Below are positions 13,389 through 27,196 of a DNA stretch of 64,000 bases, piece by piece. Position numbers and translations under genes: made by a program. Below the pieces are notes generated by a model that was not told where the DNA came from, searched no databases, and was given only the letters and a program-made list of their open reading frames with translations. The stretch's first letter is position 1; each line of letters opens with the position of its first letter. Source of the DNA: Lama glama (lineage: Eukaryota); contig CM052816.1 of NCBI GenBank assembly GCA_028534125.1, positions 74,030,001 to 74,094,000 of the forward strand. The letters are read 5' to 3'.

Positions 13389-13478
13389 GAGCAGCTACAG
13401 CGAGCCCTGGATTTCCGAAACTCTTTTGCTACTTGCCCTTTTTTATCTGAAAGCATCATACCTTCAGAAAGAAAAAAG
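13389..13478 (+). CDS. C5orf34: C5orf34 coding exon 2
   Basis: ttgtag|...AAG|gtaatt; EQLQRALDFRNSFATCPFLSESIIPSERKK; phase 0. Confidence 0.92.
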
Positions 13479-15376
13479 GTAATTTTTTTAAAACCTCATT
13501 TTCAAAACAATTATTTGAGGACAAGTAATTACAAACAGGTAGTTTAATGTTTAGTCTTTTTCTTCATGACACTTGGGAGTAGACATGTTGCTGTAGAAAG
13601 CATAGGCCTGTATATTGTACCAGACTAGGGTGTTTTGATATTTTGTACATCGAGACACAGAAGTTATATAGCTCGTCTGCCTGCCTGTTTCTTTGTAGCA
13701 GAGAATTTCACTCATAACTTTTTAGATTGATGACTTTTTTTGATTCTCAGAGGTGTCAAAATTAAGAAATTACATGACCATTTTTGGTAGCTTATGTGTG
13801 CAGTAGAGATGTGTAATTACTTATGGGTATACACATTTTATTCTTTTACTTATATTCTATTTGAACTTTTAGGAATAATAGTAACTATCATTTATTGAGG
13901 GTTTTCTATGTGCCAAGAACTAGGAATGGTATTAAAAATATTTGGTAACACCATTATGGCATGGGTACCTGCTGATCAAAAAGGATGTCCAACCAGTCAG
14001 AACAAGTATATTGACTAAGATACCAGCACCTTGTTACAGCCAAGGGAACTAAATCTCAAAGAGTTTACCTAACTTGTCCATGGAAGTTGTCTAAGTGGCA
14101 AAGTCAGGATTTGAACCCAGTCTATCTGACTCTGAATACTGTGTCTTTCAATCATGATGCTTGCTTGCCTAATGAGTAATTTTCTGTTATATTGTCTCAC
14201 GGCAAACGAGTTAAGAAAAATTATAAGCTGTAACTTAGTTTACAAGGCCATTTTTCCACTGTATCTTTTGAGTAACTATTCATTGAAACTGCATAGCTTA
14301 CCTCTGATGCTGCAGTAGGATTATTAGATAGTCTAATTCTCGGAAAGGGAAGTGCCTTAACTGACCATCCTTACAAACCGGCTTTGCCATCAGTGAATAC
14401 TGTCCCTGATTTTAACACACTAACGTGTACGTGTGGATAGTGCTGTAAGTTTATGAGGCTTTCTTGACAATAGTTTTTGTAAATTTAAGGTTTTACGTAA
14501 ATGGAAGTTGAAATGTGTAATCTGGCAAGTTTAACTGATAAAAAGATTGTTAATGGCACTTAACTTTTTATCTTATATGAAAAGATGCAACAGGTACTGT
14601 TACCTTTATGAATCTGTTTGTTGTTGGTCTGGATCAGTTTACCTTTGAGTAATTGGACTTTTTAAAATGTTACTCTTTAAGCCACCTGGGATTTATTTTA
14701 GTGTGTGGTGTGCCTGGTGCTGTCTAGGGTAGGTACCTACCTTATTCATGTTATCCTATTTAGTCCCTGTGATTATCTTTTGAGATTGCATTTCCCAAAT
14801 GCTATTCAGTAATTCCAGTACCATTTATTAAGTAATACTCTCTCTTTCCCCTCTTGTTTTGAAAAGCTTATGTTATCATATGTGACATTTTAAGATATGG
14901 TTGAATCTGTTTCTATATTCTCTGGACTGTTCTATTGATGATTTTTTATGCTATTTCCATACTATTTAAGTAATGATTGCTTTTCACACAGTAGTGCTAG
15001 TCTTCCCTCATTTATATTCTTTTTCAGAATAGACATTTTGGAAGGGATTGCAAATCTATTTATCTCTGATTCATTGTACACTTTAAATCAAAATATATTT
15101 AGCATTAAATATAATCAAAATGATTTTTCTTTTTCTTTTCTGTCATTTTTGTCAGAGTGTGTGTGTGTGTGTGTATGTCTACTTTTCTGAGAGAGACAAT
15201 CTTAACAATATCAAATATTCTCTGGAAAACCATATATAGGCTGACATTCCTCTTTCTTTCTAGGTAGTAAAACACAGAACTTTAAGAGCTTTCTTATATA
15301 ATACGTAAGTATCAAATGTATGGAAAAATTGGACTGTTGACAGAAAATACCATCTCTTTTTCTCCCCTCAATTCAG

Positions 15377-16023
15377 CGTATCTTCATCGACATCTCAGAA
15401 GTGAGATGGCCCAGTCTTCACACTCAGGAGGGCGTGACATGTATGCAGAGTGGCACCGTGAAGATATCATCTTTAGATGGTCATGCATACCTTTGCCTGC
15501 CCAGATCTCAGCATGAATTTACAGTGCATTTCTTGTGTAAAGTAAGCCAGAAGCCAGACTCATCTAGAGTACTGTCAGAAAAAAAAAATCAAGCCAAAAA
15601 GGACAAACTAGTTGAAAAAGCTGGCAAAATCTGTACATCTGGAAGTTTATCAGGACAGAGACCGAAGAATAAAGAAAACGAACTTTATTATCAGATTATG
15701 AAATCCAGAGAGCCTTTAGAGAAGAAGAGTTGTGTAAATGGAACTGAAGGGAGGGAGGAGCCATCTTCACTTGGTTCAAAACACACATGTGTATACACGT
15801 GGGTGAAGCAGTGCTGGTCTGTGGCCTCCTGTCCAGAGGAATGGAGATACCCTTTGTCTTTAGCACTTCATTTTCATGATAAAATCAGCAATACATCTGG
15901 AATTGATGCAGATATCACCCAGAATAGAGTTTTAACGTCTGACCTTTCTGAGATAAGAGGAAAAGAAGTTTCTGTTCTTCCCAGGGCCCTGTTACTGAGC
16001 TGTCCTGTCCCCCACCTGCACAG
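15377..16023 (+). CDS. C5orf34: C5orf34 coding exon 3 (647 nt)
   Basis: ttcag acceptor; open frame RIFIDISEVRWPS...SCPVPHLH(R); AG|gtaatg donor. Confidence 0.93.
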
Positions 16024-17609
16024 GTAATGGAAGAATGACTTCGTCCTAAAGCTTTTGTCAGAACCAGCCCTTACCTAAGGATCATTTTTCTTTCTGAATC
16101 ATCTGATACCATTCATAAGGGAAGTTCATTCAGTTGATCTAAAACTTTGCTTATAACAGATAGTAAATAATTTCATAGCCAATGTATTGTTTATATTTTT
16201 CACTCTACATCCATACATTGAAAGTTGGTGGGAGGCTGATTATACACTAGATACTCTTGTTAAGCACAGAGACTACAGGGATGATTAAGACAGAGTCCCT
16301 GCTTTCTAGGAGCTTAGAGTCTAGTAAGGGTCACTGTCGCTGAAAAGATTATAGAGTGTGGGAAGTGATGGCACATTCTGGGTTCTGGGAGCGAGCCCCG
16401 GGAGGCACCCTCTGCCACTCAGTGGAACCCATTACCTTGGTTGCTGGACGAGCTTGTGATGATGGGTACTTTCTTTCATATGCAGCCACAGAGGCCATCC
16501 CATCTTTAGTTAACTGACAGTGAGTATGTCCATTTTCAAAAGGGATAAACATGGAGAAGCTTCTAGATGGCTAGGTACAAACCTTTTAGCTCCACTAAGA
16601 TGAATAACCTAATGGTTATAGATTTGTAACATGAGCTTTGCATAAGTAGTGCAGTAATGATGGTAACAGCTAACACAAAGCACGCACTTTGTGCCAGGGT
16701 GGCTGTGCTCTACCTGTTTCATCCTCATAGTGACCCCATGAGGTGAGTGCTGTTATTATCCCCAGTTTGTAGAGGAACTTGAGAAACAGAAACATTGACT
16801 AGGCCGAGCAAAGTCTCACAGCCGGCACTTGTGGAACTGGGATTTGATCCCAGGTTGTCTTTGAGTATATATTTGTTATTTAAAACAGAATGTGGGAATG
16901 ATTTTCAGGCTTGTCATGGTAATCTAGTTAGAATTGGAAATTTTAGTATTATGAGTACACCTCAAAAGAGATTTATGCTTCTAAGCAAACAGTTTTTCAA
17001 TAACTTGCCACTGGCCTTGATTGAAGTCCATTATCCTTAAGCATGGCTTAACAGGCACTCTGTCACCTGGTCCCTCCCTGGATCTGTAATCCTCACCACT
17101 CTTGCCCTTACTTTCTCCACTCTTGCTAAACTGGACTTCTTGCAGTCCCTCGAATGCCTGGAAAGCCCAGGGTTTCTTTTACCACTGTACCTGCTCCTTC
17201 CTGTGCTGGGATCACTTCCTTTATCTCTCTCGGCTGGCTAACCTGTGCTCATTTCCAGGTCTTAGCATAAGCCTTTCTTCCTTAGGTTGGTTATCCTGAA
17301 ATCCCTAGACAGGATTAGGTGCTATACAATCCCACAGAATCCAGTAATTCTCCTTTCTTTCTGTTTAATATTTACTGTTTAATGTCTCTGCTAGATACGA
17401 ATCATTGAGGACAGGGACCATGTCTTCTATTTTGATGTTATATGCACAGTGTGTACAGCACAGTGTCTGGCCCACTGTAGATATTTCAGTAATATTTATC
17501 ATTTGAATCCTAAATTTTAAAGGTTAGTAGAAATGTATGTGTTTGTGCTGAGATTCAATAATGAGATTATTGAAAACACTGGGAAAAATACCTGGAAAAA
17601 TAAGATTAT

Positions 17610-17929
17610 GGTTGACTATTGGCATGAAATGCGTGGGTCCACTTATATGTGGGTTTTTTTCAAAACTTCAGTACCTGTATTTTCATTTTTCAGATCTTTA
17701 AATTAAGTAAGAGTCAGGGAAAGTTTGTGTTTGATTAGAGATCACAGTTTGTAGAATCAAAAGAACTAGGATTTGAATGCTGGATTCTATCCAGACTGTC
17801 TCAGCGTCGTGTCCTTAGGTGAGTCATTTATCAACTCCTTTGTTTTGGGAGCGGAGATAACAGTACTCAGTTTTCTACTTCCCTGGGGTCGGTGCCCCTA
17901 ACCCCCATGTTGTTCAAGGGTCAGTGGTA
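17610..17929. mobile_element. Tigger2-like DNA transposon derivative
   Basis: gcgtgggtccacttatatgtggg...ccccatgttgttcaagggtcagtg; same ends as the copy at 1733-1956. Confidence 0.65.
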
Positions 17930-18092
17930 GTTTTAAATTTCATTAATACATCTTCATATTAATTTTTACTTCTCTTTGATCTGATGAGTTAAGCAAGAAA
18001 TACATCTTATTACAATAGTACTGTTTTGTTGACTTCTCAAGGCAATTATGTTAGGCATCCAGAACTTATAGCTTGTATTTTGTCCTTCACAG

Positions 18093-18194
18093 GTGGAATT
18101 TCTGTGATTCGCTTTCACAGGGACAGTTTGGCGACGAAGAATATTCCTATCCTGAACCAGTGAAAGTGGTTTGGCACAAGGGTGTTACCTATAG
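18093..18194 (+). CDS. C5orf34: C5orf34 coding exon 4
   Basis: ttcacag|G...AG|gtgagg; WNFCDSLSQGQFGDEEYSYPEPVKVVWHKGVTYR; phase consistent. Confidence 0.9.
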
Positions 18195-19331
18195 GTGAGG
18201 GGCTTGGGCTGCAGTTGGATCTATTTAGCGATGCCGCAGAGGGTATGGGACCAGCTTTGTGGACGGACTCCCCTAACAGGACGCAGTTTTGCCAGGGCCA
18301 CTGTTCTATGTTTGGCCCTGAGTTTTACAGGTCTCACAACATAATTTTATTAGTGTACATAGAGGTCTTATGACTAATTCACATTAACCATGTTCACAGG
18401 ATTTTTGTGATGGCTCCCAAGCCAGTGAGGGGTTAGTTTTGCTCATAAATGAAATATTTCTGCAGTTATTTGGGATGCCCCTTCCAAGCAGCAGGAGATC
18501 TAGTCGTCTGAATTAGTCACATGCTGCTGAGCATGGAATTAGAGAAGTTGTCTAGCCTGAGATAGATTTCCACCTTCATTCATGCAGCAAATATTCACTG
18601 TCTCCTCTGTGGCCAGACTATTCCACTGAATTATCCCTGCCCACCACAAAGTACACCTCTATGGTGACTGGAATTCTATTGTTGGCTAGATTCAGAGTTT
18701 CACTTCTGTAAAGAATACGAGAACAAATTTGTGAAATTTGTGCTCTTTGGTGTCTCCCTTCCCTGCATGAAAACTCACCCTCTTCTGACAATATATTGTT
18801 TCAGTAAAGTCGACTTGGCTTAAGTTTTTATACATTATATACCTAATACCTTGATTGTATCTGGCTGCTCCAGGTGCAGTCACCTTCTCTTAAGGGTGGC
18901 TCCTTTTACACGTGGCTAATCACATCCATCAGATATTGAGTCTACTAGTTTCATTATTAGAGAATAATCTTAGTTCTAGGTTCTGGAGTTGTCATATTTA
19001 ACTCCTATGCAGCTGACATTGCTTTGGTGACTGTTAAGTGCCAGCCACTTGTGACTGACAGTGAGGATACCAGGATGATGAGACAAGATGACTGACTTCG
19101 AGAAGTTGAGCTTAGTTGAAATAGATACATTAACAAATTCTGTGTTCTGTTTATTTTTTTGCAAAAAATTAATTTTGCTGGTTGATGTTGAGTATGAAAT
19201 TATCCATTTTTCTGGATAGGCAAGACCCTATACTGGTTTGCCCTTTTTTTTTTTTTTAATGATTGCCTTCATGTATGTTTTAATCTCAATGAAAAGAAAA
19301 CTTTTTTTCATTGATTATTTCTTTTCCTTAG

Positions 19332-19455
19332 ACTTACCCATAAAAATATGAACTCAATAGAGATTCACCCTGGAGATGGATCTGTTTTCAAATCAGAAGG
19401 AGCTTATTTGGGGAACTATTTTACATGTTATTCTATTCAAGACGGATCAGGAGTG
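19332..19455 (+). CDS. C5orf34: C5orf34 coding exon 5
   Basis: ccttag|...GTG|gtaagt; LTHKNMNSIEIHPGDGSVFKSEGAYLGNYFTCYSIQDGSGV. Confidence 0.9.
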
Positions 19456-20889
19456 GTAAGTTGACAATGAGGTCTCAGCTCAAGAAGATTTTTGATATAT
19501 AGCTATTTCTAAATAACTCTGAGTATATCTCTGGGAAATTTGATCTGTTATAACATTTCTTGCTACTCCTCAGTTTGCTTAATTAATATAACCTTACTGC
19601 CAGCATTGGCACAGTAATACTGGTCACTTATTTTTACTGTATTCTCATCTGGTTTTCTGTCATCCATTTGCCTAAGTAGTTTGTGTTTAAATCAGAAGTT
19701 AAAATTCTTCTGTCATAGAATTTACCAGTAGGAAACACTGAAAGTACTAATACTATACTTCTTTGAATTAGTATTTGCTCTTTAAAAAGCACATACATTG
19801 GTTTGCATATTTAAAATACCTCCTACCTCCTAAATCTTTGTATACAACTAGGATATAGAACAAGATTGTTCTCTGTCATTGATAACAGGGGCACATAACA
19901 CGATATATTTAGTATATCAGGCCAAAATATAATCATGTGAAAACTTTGTTAATAGTTCCCAGTTTACTTGTTCCCAATCTGACACTTGAAATCCACCCTT
20001 TTATAGCAATCACTGCAGTATCACATGGCTTGGCTTTGCAGGATAGAACATAATATATTTTCTTCCTCTGTTACAGAGTGGAGTCTTTGAGTGATAAGAT
20101 TATCAGAGTTGCTGGAAGAAGGCTTAAAACTAGAGCAGATTTTATTTATTTACTTTTTTTAACTAGGGAAAATTTCAAACACATGCAAAAGTAGAAAGAC
20201 AGATGTAACAGACCTTCATGTTCCCATTGCCCAGCTGGTTCCCTCTTTCCTTCCACTGCCCCTCCACTCCCTATTTGTTTTTAAGTAAATCCCAAATATC
20301 ATTTCATTCATAAGTATTTTAGTATATATTAGAGCAGATTCCCTGCTAGGGTCTATTAGTAGGAAAGTATTCATTTATTCAATTAATATTAATTAAACAT
20401 TCGTAGGTTGGCACTCTATTAAGCACTGGGCAAAGTTGAAGAGTTCCTGCCCTCAAGGGTTCACAGTCTGACAGTCTAGTAGTCAGTCAGGCAAACAAGC
20501 AAATGAAATGAAAGTGTGTGTGTGTGTGTGCATGCATGTAGTGCATGAGATAATCAAATAAACAGGCAAAAAGAGTGAGTATGCATATATGTCTACACTG
20601 CTGACTGCTGTGTATTGGGAGTTCAAAAAACTACATCTTCCTGAAGCTTCAGTTTACTCAAAGTTGTCATGGGGAGGGGGTGATAATTTTTATACTGAAG
20701 CAAACATATCACGGAATAGAAGCATGTGCTTTGGGGATAAAACAAAACTTCCAGACAAGTTGTGCCTTTGTGTTGGACTGCTTTGGGCTTCACACACTCA
20801 GATCCCTGTGTGCAATACATTCACTCTCCTCTGTCTACTAGAGTGAAAATATCTAGAAACAGCTGGCTCTCTTTTAGGGGTGAAATTGT

Positions 20890-22025
20890 TTGCTGCTTAC
20901 TTTAACCCATACTCCAAAATAAATTCAAGACAGATTAAAGGGCTAATGTGAGAAACCAAACTTTATAATTGTTAGAAGAAAATATAAAAGGACAATGTTG
21001 ATCATCTTGGGGTAGGGGAGGCCTTAAGTACAACACAAAAAACCAGAAGGCATAAAGAAAAGTTTGATCAGCCCGAAATTTTCAAATGTATGTTAAATTT
21101 TAAATATGTAACTTCTATTTAATTAGACAAAGTCAAAAAGACAAACACCTGGAAGAAAATAGTCTACATTATAAATCAGTAATAAAATGACCCCTACCCC
21201 CCCCAAAAAAATAGAAACAAGACAATAGAAAACTGAGTAAAGGATAAGAATGGTTAAGCCATGTAACACATAGTATTTGAAAATATGTTCAACTTTACTA
21301 CTTGCATCAAAGAAATGAAAATTAAAATAACAATATTTTTCACTCATCAAATTGTCAAAAACTATAAAGGTTGATAATATCTACTGCAGAAAGGGGTGCT
21401 TTCATGACGTTGATTGGCGTATAAACTGATTCAGCTTTCATGAAAGACAGTTTGATAATATCAAGTAAAATTGGTCGAAATTCTGCTCCTCAGGTATCTA
21501 TCCTAGAAAAATATTAGCACATATATTCAAAGAAGCATGGCCAAGGATGTGGATTGTGGTCTTGTTTGTAGCAGCAAAAAACTGGAAGCAATCTAAACTT
21601 TAATCAGTAGGAAAATGGTGAAATAAACTATGGTGATCACATCATGGGAATACTGTGCAGAAGTTTAAAAGAATGAGGAAGCTGTAGACACACAGAGACA
21701 GATAGTAACAGGTCTTCAAAGCACTGTGAGTGAAAAAAAGCTGCATAAGAATGTGTACAATGATATCTTTTGTGTAAAGAACAAAAAACAAGCCCTAAAC
21801 CCAATTGTGTTACTTTATATAATATGTGTATACATGCACAGAGAAAGATCTGGGCAGATAAGAACTGAACTTGACGTGGTTACTTTTGGGGAGGAGTCTG
21901 GGATTTTGTGAGGGAGGAGGAGTCGCGAGGGACTTAAATCTTGTATTTTTTAAAACTTTTTTCCTCTTCCCCTTTCTCTGAAATGTAGTAATGTATCATT
22001 ACTTCTGTAATTAAAAATTTAAATA
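20890..22025 (+). mobile_element. Old L1 (L1M) 3' fragment
   Basis: ccatactccaaaataaattcaag, ttagaagaaaatataaaagg, aactggaagcaatctaaa; decayed ORF2 end and 3'UTR. Confidence 0.65.
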
Positions 22026-24805
22026 GGAAAGCTTAACAAGGACCTACAATGTAAGTGCTTCCATAGAGATGAAAACTTGGTGCTTTGGGACTACATAGGG
22101 AGGGGCACCTGCCCCTGTTCTGGAGGCTCAAGAAAAGCCTTCTGGAGGAAGACATGGCTCAACTAGGATTTATAGTTCTAAAGGATGAGGTACACAGAAG
22201 AGGGATGGAGGAGCATATAGCTAAGGGAACACTTTGGCTCAACTCTGAATGGCTGGCTTCTTGTCATTAAATTTCAGTTTAAATGTCACCTCCTCAGGGA
22301 GGCTTTTCCTGATGATCCAGATTAAAGAAGCTACTCATGACACTCCCTATAACATACCCTCCTCTTTTTTTCTTCTTGGCACTTAATACTATGTGATATT
22401 TTCATATTGATCAATGTTTGTTTACTAACTAACCCACACTAGAGGTAAGCCTTGTCTTTTTCAACACACTATTATTGCTAGTGCATAGAACAGTAGATAA
22501 ATGTCACCTAGAGTCTGGGCCGAGTACAGAGTGTTGAAGGAAACGAAAATGCTGTGATAGGCTACAACAGAGGGAGAATGTTGGGAATGTCCAGAGAAGA
22601 CACTAGACCACTAAGCTGGGGCAGTTCATAAATGGGACATGAGAAACCCTATTGCTTTTGGAGAGCCACTGAAGGATTTAAGTAGGCAAGTGACATCATA
22701 TTTTTATTAGATCTTTTCAGAGGAAGATGAACCGGGGTGGGGAAGAGATGGAACTTCAAGCTATGGAACCAGTTAGAAGCCATTTATAGTAGTGCAGGAA
22801 GAAAGTATAAGGGCCAGGCAGTGGTAATGAGAATGGAAAGATAGGAATGGACCCAAGAAATATTAAGGAGACAGAACCAATGATTGATGGGATATTGGGG
22901 ATGAGGAAGAAGTTGAAAATGATGCCAAGTTATTGAATTAACCAGTGAATGATGGTGCCAGGCACTGTACTGAAACAAAATGTTTTAAACCTGAAGTGTA
23001 CTGATGATGGCACTTTTTGATCTTACCAGGATTTAAAAAATTTAAATTCTGTTAATCTCAGTCCCATTTACCTGATAGTAATTGTAAGATACTTTTAATT
23101 ATAAGATGCCTCTTGATTTCAGAGAGGTTAAATTGTGAAAAATAAGCAGTTTAGAATTGGTGAAATAGGGCAGTGGAGAAGACAAGACCTCTTAAGGGAC
23201 TCAGTTTCCGACAGAGAACGACATAAATAATTAAAATGTGATATTTTGAGTGTCTACCATGTGAGTTAGCACACTGTGCTGATACATGCTGGGATACAGA
23301 GGTCAGCAAAACAGATACAGCCCCTACCTTCACAAAGCTCCATTCTAGCAGGGGGGCATTAAGTAAAAGACTATATAATGAAAATCAATTATAATGAAAA
23401 CCAATAAGCAGGAGCGGAGGGTACTGTGCTTGTGGACATAACTAGGGGATTTCACCTAGTCTCTGAGACCTCTGTAATGGCTTCCTTGAGACTGAAGGAA
23501 AAGTAGGAGTTAGCCAGACACAGGGAGGTGATGGAGGAGGGAGCTGAGTTTTAGGTAGAGGGAATGACATGTAATAATTGACATACCAGCGGTGAATGCA
23601 AATAGAGATGGAAAGAAATGCAGATTTTGAAGTGAAGTTAATCACATTTTTGACATGTTGAAGTTGAGATGTCTTTTTGATATCCAGTAGAGATTTATTA
23701 CATATTCAAGTCTATAGTCGAGGATAAAAATGGAGAGACTAATTTTTGAGTACCCACTATAGACGAAATTCTGTCCCAGGTGCTTTATATATGTGTTATT
23801 TCATCAATCCTCAGGACAATCTAGATGGTAGGTAGTATCCCCATATAATAGGTTGTAGGCACTGAAGCTTAAAAAGGTTGTATAACCTGTTCATCAGTAC
23901 AGTTAGTAAGAGGCACACCTGTGATTTGGGTCCAGCTCTGACCCTGAAGCCCTCTCTCACTGGTGGTAAAGTACAGGCTGCACTCGCTTCAGTTCAGTTC
24001 AGATCTCTACTGCTCCTTAGCTCTCAAGCTTCAGTTTTCTTATCTAAAAAATAGGCACTAATAGTTCTTATCTTTCAGAATTATCTTGAGGAGTAAATGA
24101 GATAATCCTTGTAAACTACAACAGCTTAGCACCTAGCATAGCAACTAACAATGTTAGTTGTTGCTGTTTTGATATTTATTATGAACACAGTTTTGGACCC
24201 TGCTGGGATTACCCAAATCAGGAAATCAGAAGAGAAGCCTGGAGACAGTCTGGGAAACACTAGCATTCGAGAGTTTGAGAAAGAGGAAATTGAGAAGGAA
24301 TAACAAAATAACATTTTTTTTTAATTCAAGAAGCTGAGCCTGTAAATAATACTGTCTTACACAAACTAGCAATACTTTCATTAATAAAATATATCAAAGT
24401 GATACATAAAAATTAAAAGTTTTTTAAATCTATATAAACTTTTTTTTTCCTTTGTCTGAAAGGAAAAGGGGACTTATGTGGTAGGTGTCCTGTTCATGCA
24501 CAGGGAAATTAGTCTGTTACTTTGAGTATAGCCAAGATTTAAACTAAGCAGTGAGTTATAGGCTATTAGAGTGTAGTTTTTGAATAGATTAACTTTTGAT
24601 AGGAGGAATTCTAGACTTTACAAAAATGGGAAAATGGAAAAGCATCCTAAAATACCTTTAAAAATATACCTTTTATGTGCTATTGAGTAAGGTAAAATAA
24701 CGGCTTGCCTTGTCACTATGTAAATACATATTTCAAGGAAAAAGAGATAAGTAATAATGGCCAGAATTTATTATTGAAATTTTTTAAATTTTAAACTATT
24801 TTCAG

Positions 24806-24897
24806 AGTGAAGAGAAAACTTACTCAGTAAATAACCTTCCTCCAGATAGACCAGGAAGTCTGTTCTCTGTGTGTTCTCTAATTAAACAGGCAACAAG
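24806..24897 (+). CDS. C5orf34: C5orf34 coding exon 6
   Basis: tttcag|...AG|gtaagt; SEEKTYSVNNLPPDRPGSLFSVCSLIKQAT(R). Confidence 0.9.
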
Positions 24898-25779
24898 GTA
24901 AGTGCTTTATGTTCAGCTGAATCGAGTGTCATGTGTCTGAGAAACTTGATACATTTTCTAGTGGTTAGGAAGACTAAAAATTGGTAGGTACAGTTGAAAT
25001 ATATGTCTTTGGTAAAATCTGTCAACTTTTCTGGTCTCATCATTTATAAAATAAGGTTATCACTATGTCATTATACGAGTACTAATGGCTTTGAAATTTG
25101 AAGTAAATATGGAGAAACATGCATATGTGGCGAGCAGCTGCTGGTGGGAAATAAGTGCCTTTTCTCTGGGTGAGTGTAGCATCACTGTTGTTCCTTGGAA
25201 TCAAGTGGAAGATTTGATGATATTTAAATTTTCATAGTTCTTTATTATCCTCACAGTAATAAAGATTTCTGAGAGTGAATAGATGATTAACTGTAGTTGG
25301 TTCTTTGGTTCATATGTTTTTTAATTCTCCTAATTAATCAATCAACCTGTGGCACCTAGAAGAATGAGAGTGGATTGTTGAATTAAATTATTTATTTTTC
25401 TAAACTTATGTCTAAGCAACTTCCAAAGTAGGTTTGAAGGAGCAGACTTGGTAATTTGATTTTCCAGGGACAATTGATTCACATCCCCACCACTCTTAGA
25501 CTGCGCTTGCCCTGTCAGGTGTTGTGAATCTATCACTTCTTAAACAGGAACATCTGAAAAATTCTATTTGGAGTCATTTCATTGCTAAAAATTCAAGGAA
25601 TAATGTTAGCTACATAAGATTAGTGCAAAGGGAAGCAACAGGCCTAAGAAAGAAAAGTGATCCAAACATATTTTTGTGGAAATGAGCTGCTTGCCTAAAA
25701 TGTATAGCAGTGAGAACGGGTTGCTAGAATTGGAAAATGACATATGCAAATGTTTAAGTAGTATTTTTCTTGTTTACAG

Positions 25780-25849
25780 AATTCTTCAACATTGTGCCAA
25801 GATGAGGCTTTCTCTAAGCCATAACTATCATATATGCTGCTGGAAAATG
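25780..25849 (+). CDS. C5orf34: C5orf34 coding exon 7
   Basis: ttacag|...ATG|gtatct; ILQHCAKMRLSLSHNYHICCWKM. Confidence 0.9.
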
Positions 25850-26496
25850 GTATCTTAAATTATTTTAAAAGCAAGATATTTTTTATTTTTTAATTTTTTT
25901 ATATATCTAAGTTGTTTACTTTCATCTAAGTCTTGTGAGAAATTCTTTGTAATATTCATATTGGCTTATTTTTTAAAATCTACTTAAAGGCTGCAAAATT
26001 TGGCTTTTATATTATACTTTTACTGTATATTGTTTGTTTTTGTTTCTTTTTTCTTTGTGGAGGGGGAGGGGAATTGATTGGACTTGAAGTATGTGAAAAC
26101 ACAGTTATTATAAAACATATTACAGTGTTCTACTCTATTTCCATAACTGTAAAGGTAAATGTTTTAATACTGAGGTGGAGGAAGTGATTATCAGACTGAT
26201 TTCTATATCTATACTAATTTGATTATAAACCTGTGTGTTGCTGTAGTTCCTAAACTTTGTCTATTTTCTATGTAAAGTTCAGCAGGATGGTGACTTTCCA
26301 AAGATGTTAGAACTTAATCAGCTTATAGTAGCTCCTTTTGGGGTATCCACTTCTGGAAAAGTTGAAACATTTACTTAAGGATTCTACACTATTCAGCTTT
26401 TGAATGAGAATCTGAAGTTGCCTCAGTGTTCCTTAATCATTTCAATCTTATTAGTGGATAATTCTCTTTCCTGCTATTTTTATTTTCTGGTTTCAG

Positions 26497-26667
26497 GTAC
26501 CTGGAATAAATGATAGCAGTATACTGCCTTTGCTTTGGAGAGAATCGTTCCTACCCGGTGTGGGAAGGTTCCTTGCATACTCTGATGACAAAGTACATGC
26601 TGTCTTTTTAGATGGCATTACTCTAACCCTGAATTGGAATTTCAGCTCTTTTATTGAAAAGAGACAG
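26497..26667 (+). CDS. C5orf34: C5orf34 coding exon 8
   Basis: tttcag|...CAG|gtgatt; VPGINDSSILPLLWRESFLPGVGRFLAYSDDKVHAVFLDGITLTLNWNFSSFIEKRQ. Confidence 0.92.
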
Positions 26668-27072
26668 GTGATTGTACTTCAGACTGAAATCTATTTTTTG
26701 TTGTTGTTGCTTTTAAACGATGGAAATAGTACAACGAAAATAAAGTACTACACTATCTATTTTATGAAGTATGAAATCTGTCAAGAGGAAATCTCATTGG
26801 ATTTCCTAGCAAAGTTCAGAAGGGTGCGACACTCATTTTTATAAAGGTAACTCATTATAAAGAGAGGGACTCGTATTTTTGTTCTTTTGATAATGATCTG
26901 CATAAAGGTGGTGGGTAAATAATACCCGTTTCCATGTGAAAATTTCTAAATTAGTCAAAGTTTTAACGATTCATTTACTTCTTTGTTTCTTATTTGAAAA
27001 TTAAGTAAGAAGAGGGTTTTGTTTTTTCAGTTCTAGAATGATAATATTTACCTTTCCTCTTTGCTGCTTAAG

Positions 27073-27167
27073 GTAAATCAGGGTCTCAATTTAGGTTGGT
27101 GTAAGTTAACTTTTCCTGATGGACAAGATCAGTTAATTCAGATTCAACACCCTGGACCGTATGAAAG
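27073..27167 (+). CDS. C5orf34: C5orf34 coding exon 9 (last visible; CDS incomplete at the 3' end)
   Basis: cttaag|...AG|gtactg; VNQGLNLGWCKLTFPDGQDQLIQIQHPGPYE(R); no stop codon; the gap begins 30 nt later. Confidence 0.88.
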
Positions 27168-27196
27168 GTACTGAAAAGCAATTTTAAAAATTAATT

